DNA of 54,600 nucleotides from Elsinoe ampelina (Eukaryota): NCBI GenBank assembly GCA_010093995.1, contig ML992519.1, positions 45,240 to 99,839 of the forward strand, read 5' to 3'. Shown piece by piece: positions 48,907 to 54,600 of this stretch (position 1 is its first letter; each line of letters starts with the position of its first letter). The notes under the pieces were generated by a model. It saw only the letters and a program-made list of their open reading frames with translations, ran no database searches and was not told where the DNA came from. The position numbers and the translations under genes were made by a program.

Positions 48907-49668
48907 TCCTTCAACCCGCCTCACGAGGCCCCGAGGTCGCTTCTCAATGGATTCACAGCATGTCAACGACAGTGGTGTACAATGTGTAGAAGAAATCTCA
49001 TATCGCTGTGAACACGTTTCAAGTGGTAAGTAGGAAGTCGCGTCCATTCAGTTCTCCTAATTGTACTACAAATCATCTTTGTCCTGATCTTGGACAACAC
49101 CTGCAAAGTCATGTCTGACCTTTCATGCCACGACTCCACGGGCATTCCTGGCTCGGCATGGTAAGTGCAGGTTAAGAAGGAATACAAAGATGTCCATGAC
49201 TGCGGGCCTTTGTCAAGCGATGGCTCGGATACCCTGTCGATTATGATCTGGAGCCGATGCTATCTCTAGGTGGTATTGGTGTCCTAAGGTACTACAACGT
49301 TGCCACTCCGGATGGAAGTGGTCACTGACATGAGCAAAGCTACAAAGACGACAACATCGACAAGCCAGCGTTATTTATCGGGCTATCACTGCCTTCGTAA
49401 TACTATCTGCTCCTCGCAGAGCGCCTTTAAATACGAGTAGAGCAGGCTCGATGCTAAGAACATGGATATTAGCAGAGTTGTAGACCACGACCAGAAATAT
49501 CAGATGCCGAAATAGGATACAGTGGGACGATGTGGTGAAATGGAACAAGTAATACTAGTTGATCATTCGGTCGTACTAGCTCTACTGTGCTTGAAATAGG
49601 ATCATGCGAGAGCACTTGTAATGGATAGTAATTTGAGGTTTCTTCCACGCGGGAAAATAAAAAATTTC

Positions 49669-49810
49669 TGTTGTAACTAGCAAATCGGATCGAGAGACAT
49701 ATGTTTTATTCAGAGAGTTACAATAACCGATTTATCTACTATGCGTGCGCTAACTTATTAGTACTAGTTCTTTAGTACTAGAGAAGCTGTACTAGCCTTC
49801 TATTATAACA
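49669..49810 (-). repeat. 142-bp LTR, right copy (3' LTR of a minus-strand copia element)
   Basis: Termini TGTTG...TAACA. Adjacent CTCCCCCTCT (49811-49820) is a minus-strand polypurine tract. Homologous to 4622-4763. Confidence 0.9.
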
Positions 49811-50859
49811 CTCCCCCTCTAGTATAGATTACTAAAGCTAGAGAACTGTCCTGTCACATGTAAGTAAAGTAATTAGCTTATTACTTTATCTCTTTATAAT
49901 TGCTTATAATTGTTAGTGTTAGCTAATTATTAGTGAGAATTTACTATTAGTTTAGCTTATAATTACTAGCAACAATAGTAACTATTAACAATAGCTAGGC
50001 AGCTATTGTTTATGTAAATAGACTAGCTTATAAGTCTTAATTAAAGAGATATAAGTATCTAACTAGCCTCTTTATAATTTCTCTTTTCTTTATTATACTT
50101 ATAGTAGTAGCCTTTTCTTTTATATAATACTTTTACCTTCTTACTATACTACATTAATAACACTTATAACATAAGCGCTATAGTATAGTAATAGCTAGGC
50201 ATTAGTAGTATTACTGCTAGTGCTAGTGCTCTAAGTAGTCTACTAGGTAGCGGAGGTAGTAGTAAAAAGAGAAATTCTCTATTAAAGTTACCTAGTACTT
50301 CTAATATTAATTATAATACTACTATAAGACTAATTACTTATCTTAATACTCTTAGTAAGTAGCTATAAAGCATTAATAGTATAAGCTAACATTAATAGCC
50401 TAATTAACTTAGACTTTAACTTAATAGTTAGTCGACATAATCTAGAATACTCTCCTTAGGCTTAGGATAATTAGTTATTACTACTATACTAACTTATATC
50501 CTATCTAGAGGTCTATAGTAGTCTAGGCCTTTAGTACCTATAGTATATACCTAGTAGTTACTAATCCTATTCTAGTTAAGGATCTAACTAAGTAAGTTAA
50601 CCTTACTAGATCTACTAACTACTCTACTACTTTAATAGCTTCTAGTGCTACTAGTAGAGTAGTCTACTATAGTACTAATTACTACACTAAGTGTTAGAGA
50701 TCTAACCCTAGTAATAATTAGAGCAAGAATAGAGGTAGTAAGTTTAGTAAGTGTATTACTTTACCTAGTTAGCTTAATAAGGCCTATACTTGCTATACTT
50801 ATAGTAACTAATATACTAGATGTTCCTTAGCTAACTATACTCTAACTCTAAGGCCTATT

Positions 50860-50869
50860 NNNNNNNNNN
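50860..50869. other. Assembly gap (10 N) flanked by an exact 95-bp duplication
   Basis: 50765-50859 is repeated identically at 50870-50964. Confidence 0.9.
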
Positions 50870-53800
50870 CTAGTTAGCTTAATAAGGCCTATACTTGCTA
50901 TACTTATAGTAACTAATATACTAGATGTTCCTTAGCTAACTATACTCTAACTCTAAGGCCTATTAGCTCTCCTAAACCTATAAGGACCCTAAGTAGCTTA
51001 AGAGTTATTACCTAGCCTATTCTATATAGCCTAATATACCTACTAATAGAGCTCCTAAGGTCTATCTCTTTTAGTAGTGCTTTGCCTTAGAGGTTCTTAC
51101 TAAGGGCCTATATACTAGAGGCATTATTAGGTATAGTTAACACCTCGATAACTTATACTAACTCTTGCTACTTTATAGTAGTCCCTATAAACTTTGTAGA
51201 TTCTACTAACCTAACTACTACTAAGGTTCGTAACTTAGCTACTATAGTAATAAACTATATAGTAGAGCTTATAAGAATTATAGCTACTAGCTACCCTAGT
51301 TAGCTTTCTCCTATTTATGCCTTTATACTAGGCCTAGCACTAATAAGGCATAGTAGGTCTAGATCTAACACTTCTATAAGGTCTACTAGTAGTAATAAGA
51401 GAAGGAGTTCTCCTTCTATAAAGAAGTAATTAGAGGTAGGGGATAGGTAGGAGTTATTAAAGGTAATAATAGTACTAAGTAGTAGATGTAGCTTAGGTAT
51501 AAGTAGCTAGTAATAGAGTTATAATAGCTTTTTCTTTCTCTCTTCTTAATAATAAAACAATTTACTTTAAGCTTTAGATAAATAAGATAGCTTAATAAGT
51601 AGTAGTAGTATAAATAACATACTTAAAATAACAATATATATAAAATCTAAATAAGTATATAGTGTAGATATACACTAAGTAATTAGCCTTTGCTAATTAA
51701 TTAAGGATCTTATTAGGAGACTTAGGCTTTATAAGTATATTAGCTAATTACTAAGTTATATTAATATACTTAAGCTTAATTACTCTAAGTTTATACTACT
51801 CTCTATAGTAATAATTCCTTAAATTAATATACTTAGATCTTCTTAAATTAGTGTAATCTCTTGTAAGTTTAATAGCTAACTTGTTATTAACAAAGACTAT
51901 AGTTAGGCTAAGGTAAATATTAGTAAGTAGCCTAAGTTTAATAATAAGATTTCTTAACTAATTAATCTCTCTATAGGTCTTAGTAAGGGCAAGGTATTTA
52001 GCCTTAGTACTTAACAATATAATAATCTTCTATAGCCTTAACTTCTAAATAACTAGTATACTAAGCATATAAATAATAGTACTAGATATAGATCTTATAG
52101 TTAATCTATCTCTAGTAAAGTCTAAGTTAGAGTAGGTCTTAATTATATTAACTAATAGTCTATTAGTCTTCTTAAAGGTAAGGCTCTTTATAATAGTTCT
52201 ATTAATATACCTCTAGATCTACTTAGCTATAACTATATAAGCTATAGTTAGATTCTAAAGGAACCTAGCTAGGTAATTAGTAGCATAGCTAATATTAGGC
52301 CTTATATTGTTAGCTAGATATTATAATTCACTAATAATCCTATTAAATGTCTTATAGTACTAAGTATTAACTTAGCTATTAGTTAGTTTATAGAGTTAAT
52401 TAATAGAATACTTTATAGTTCTTACTTAGTAAAGATTATAACCTTTAAGCTTCTCCTTTAAGTAGTATAATTACTTAATCTTAATTAAGTCCTTAGTTCT
52501 ATAAAGTTAAACACTAAGGAAGAGGTTTAAGTTTATAATCTTTATTAGAAACTTAAGATAAAGATCTTTAACTAGCTTATCTATATACTTCTACCTAGTA
52601 GTAATAATCCTAAAGTTATTAATATATATAAGAACTATATAATACTTATTAATAAAGAGACAAGCATTACTATAGAATCTAATAAAACTAAGTAATAGAA
52701 GTGCCTTAACTATAGCGTTATACTAGAGAGTAGTAGCTTACTTAAGCCTATATAAGCCCTTTATAAGAATAATAAGCTTATCCTGTTTACTAGGAATTAG
52801 TACGCCTTCTAGGTAGGAGATATAATTCTTAATATTAATGTCTAGTCTAAGGAATATAGTAACTATATCTACTATTATAATAACTTAGTTATAATAAAGA
52901 GTATATATAAGAATTACTCTCCTAGTTTTAGCTCTTAGTATTAGTATAAAGGTTCTAATAAAGTTAATATCTACTCTTTAAGTAAAGCCTCTTATAGTCT
53001 AACGAGCCTTATATCTTTTAACTTTACTATTAGTAAGCCTCTTAGTCTTAAAGACCTATTTGCCTATTATTAGCCTAACACCTCTTAGTGCCTAAGATTT
53101 CTTAATAATTAAAAAGGTTTTAGAGTTAGTTAGAGCCTTCTACTCTACCTCTATTATAGCTTACTAGTAATAACCTTTAGGAGAGGACAGTACATCTCTT
53201 ACTGTTTATAGGTCTAGCTTAAAATTAATAGCTATAGATCTAATAATCTTACTATTGTTAAGTTTCTTATAATTAATCTAGTAATGTATTCTAAGGGACC
53301 TTCTAATAGTTTCTTATAGTAAGAGAAATCTCTTTCTTTTACTAGTTAGAGGTTATATATTAAATAGTATAATAAGGAAGTTAACATCCTTATTCTATAT
53401 ATATATTAGTAGTTAATTAACATTAACTATAGAATTAAAGGTTAAATGTAGTTTACTAATAACTTTAGGTAGTAGTATTATAAGGTCTTTACCTTTATAA
53501 TTAGCAATATTAAGTTACTCTCCCTGTTTATTAATAGGTTAAGGATCTAGTTTAGGATGTTAGTATTACTCCTTCTATTCTTTAATAGAGATAGATAATT
53601 ATTATTTATATCTAGGGATAGAAGAGTAGTTAGATGTTAGTTGTTTAACTTAAGGTTATTTAGCCTAAGTAGTTTATAGATTCTTATAACTAAAGAGTAG
53701 TTAGTTATAGCTATAGTCTTAATTATAATTACTACTAAATGTCTACTCTCTCTAAAGCTATAAAGCCTTAGGTTGTTATACCTATAGAATATATAGCTAT

Positions 53801-54600
53801 TTAATAACTTATATTACTTAGTCTTTATAGACTATATTCTTATTAAATGTCATATAGAGTAATATAATAATCTTTCCCTTCTAGGCTTACTAAGTATAAT
53901 ACTAATAGAGTATCTAGATAAGGTAATTAGTTGTTAAGTTGTTCTATATACTAATATACTAACTAAGTAGTGCTCTAGCTTAGAATTTGTATAATTTAGA
54001 AACATATTAGTTATAGACATAGGCTCTATAGCCAAAGCATCTAATATAAGTTAATAAGACTAGCCTATTATTATTAAGAAGATTCTTTCTTAGCTCTTAT
54101 ATAGGGATCTTCTTAGTTTTAGTATAGGTAATTCTATTACTAATATAGATTATAAACTCTATAACTATATACTAGAGTTTAAGAGGTACTCTATAATTAA
54201 TAAAGATATACCTTATTCTAAGAATAACTACTTTATTAGTAGCCTTAGATTTACTATTTTAGTATTAAGTATTAGGTATAGAGATATCCTATCTCTACCC
54301 TTTAAGATAAATAGCTATTACTAGTTTATAGTTCTTAAATTTACCTCCTCTATTAGAGATAAAGATAAATAAAAGCTTATTATAGGCTATTTTATTCCTT
54401 ATATAGATAAGTTTAATTACTACTAGTATATTACTCTTAAGGAAGAGAATAGTAACAAACTTATACTTGCTTTTACTATATATTATAAAGAGAAGGTATC
54501 TATAGCTCTTACTTAACTATAGTTTAATAGGACTAATAAGGTCTAGATAGAGTTTATCTAGTAAGTACTTTAGCGTATCTCTTAGTTCTCTTAATACTAC

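Larger units (their letters stand above)
49669..54600 (-). mobile_element. RIP-inactivated Ty1/copia retrotransposon (integrase-RT-RNase H, long 3' region, 3' LTR)
   Basis: De-RIPed minus-strand motifs: integrase QNGKSEAANKV (~54230-54265), RT RYKARWTVRGFTQ (~52980-53017), RNase H RSKHIDLR (~51815-51840) and QLADxLTKP (~51724-51750). PPT and LTR at the left end. Confidence 0.88.

Noticed and set aside
48916..49668. Possible gene remnant (two GTAAGT donor-like sites, short ORFs)
   Set aside because: No coherent spliced ORF or recognisable protein motif could be built.
4622..49810. A single giant LTR element or Starship-like transposon carrying the cluster as cargo
   Set aside because: The PBS and PPT lie outside the island, so the LTRs belong to two separate elements. 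There is no shared TSD, and no DUF3435 tyrosine-recombinase gene is visible at either end.
50765..50964. Exact 95-bp direct repeat
   Set aside because: It straddles a 10-N scaffold gap and is 100% identical within heavily RIPed DNA, which indicates an unmerged contig overlap rather than biology.

Overview
Fungal (filamentous ascomycete, probably Dothideomycete-like) genomic DNA. A ~45 kb gene-rich, ~52% GC island (4764-49668) lies between two AT-rich, RIP-mutated blocks of Ty1/copia retrotransposon relics. Both island borders are copies of the same 142-bp LTR in direct orientation. The core of the island (11592-44235) is a compact 18-gene epipolythiodioxopiperazine (ETP, gliotoxin/sirodesmin/aranotin-class) biosynthetic cluster. 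It has a GliP-type A-T-C-A-T-C-T NRPS and homologues of gliC, T, Z, M, J, A, N, I, F, K and G. It also has extra genes: an AtaL/DUF1857 protein, a SnoaL/NTF2-like protein, two more P450s, a second O-methyltransferase and a regulator-like ORF lacking a Zn cluster. GliZ-type TCGG-N3-CCGA boxes lie upstream of both core and extra genes. Flanking genes are a PTH11-like membrane protein, a PAS hybrid histidine kinase, a secreted carboxylesterase and a LEA-like protein. A 338-bp Mutator-type MITE with a 9-bp TSD is also present. Gene symbols are homology labels from motif recognition, not database hits, and exon boundaries were read by eye.
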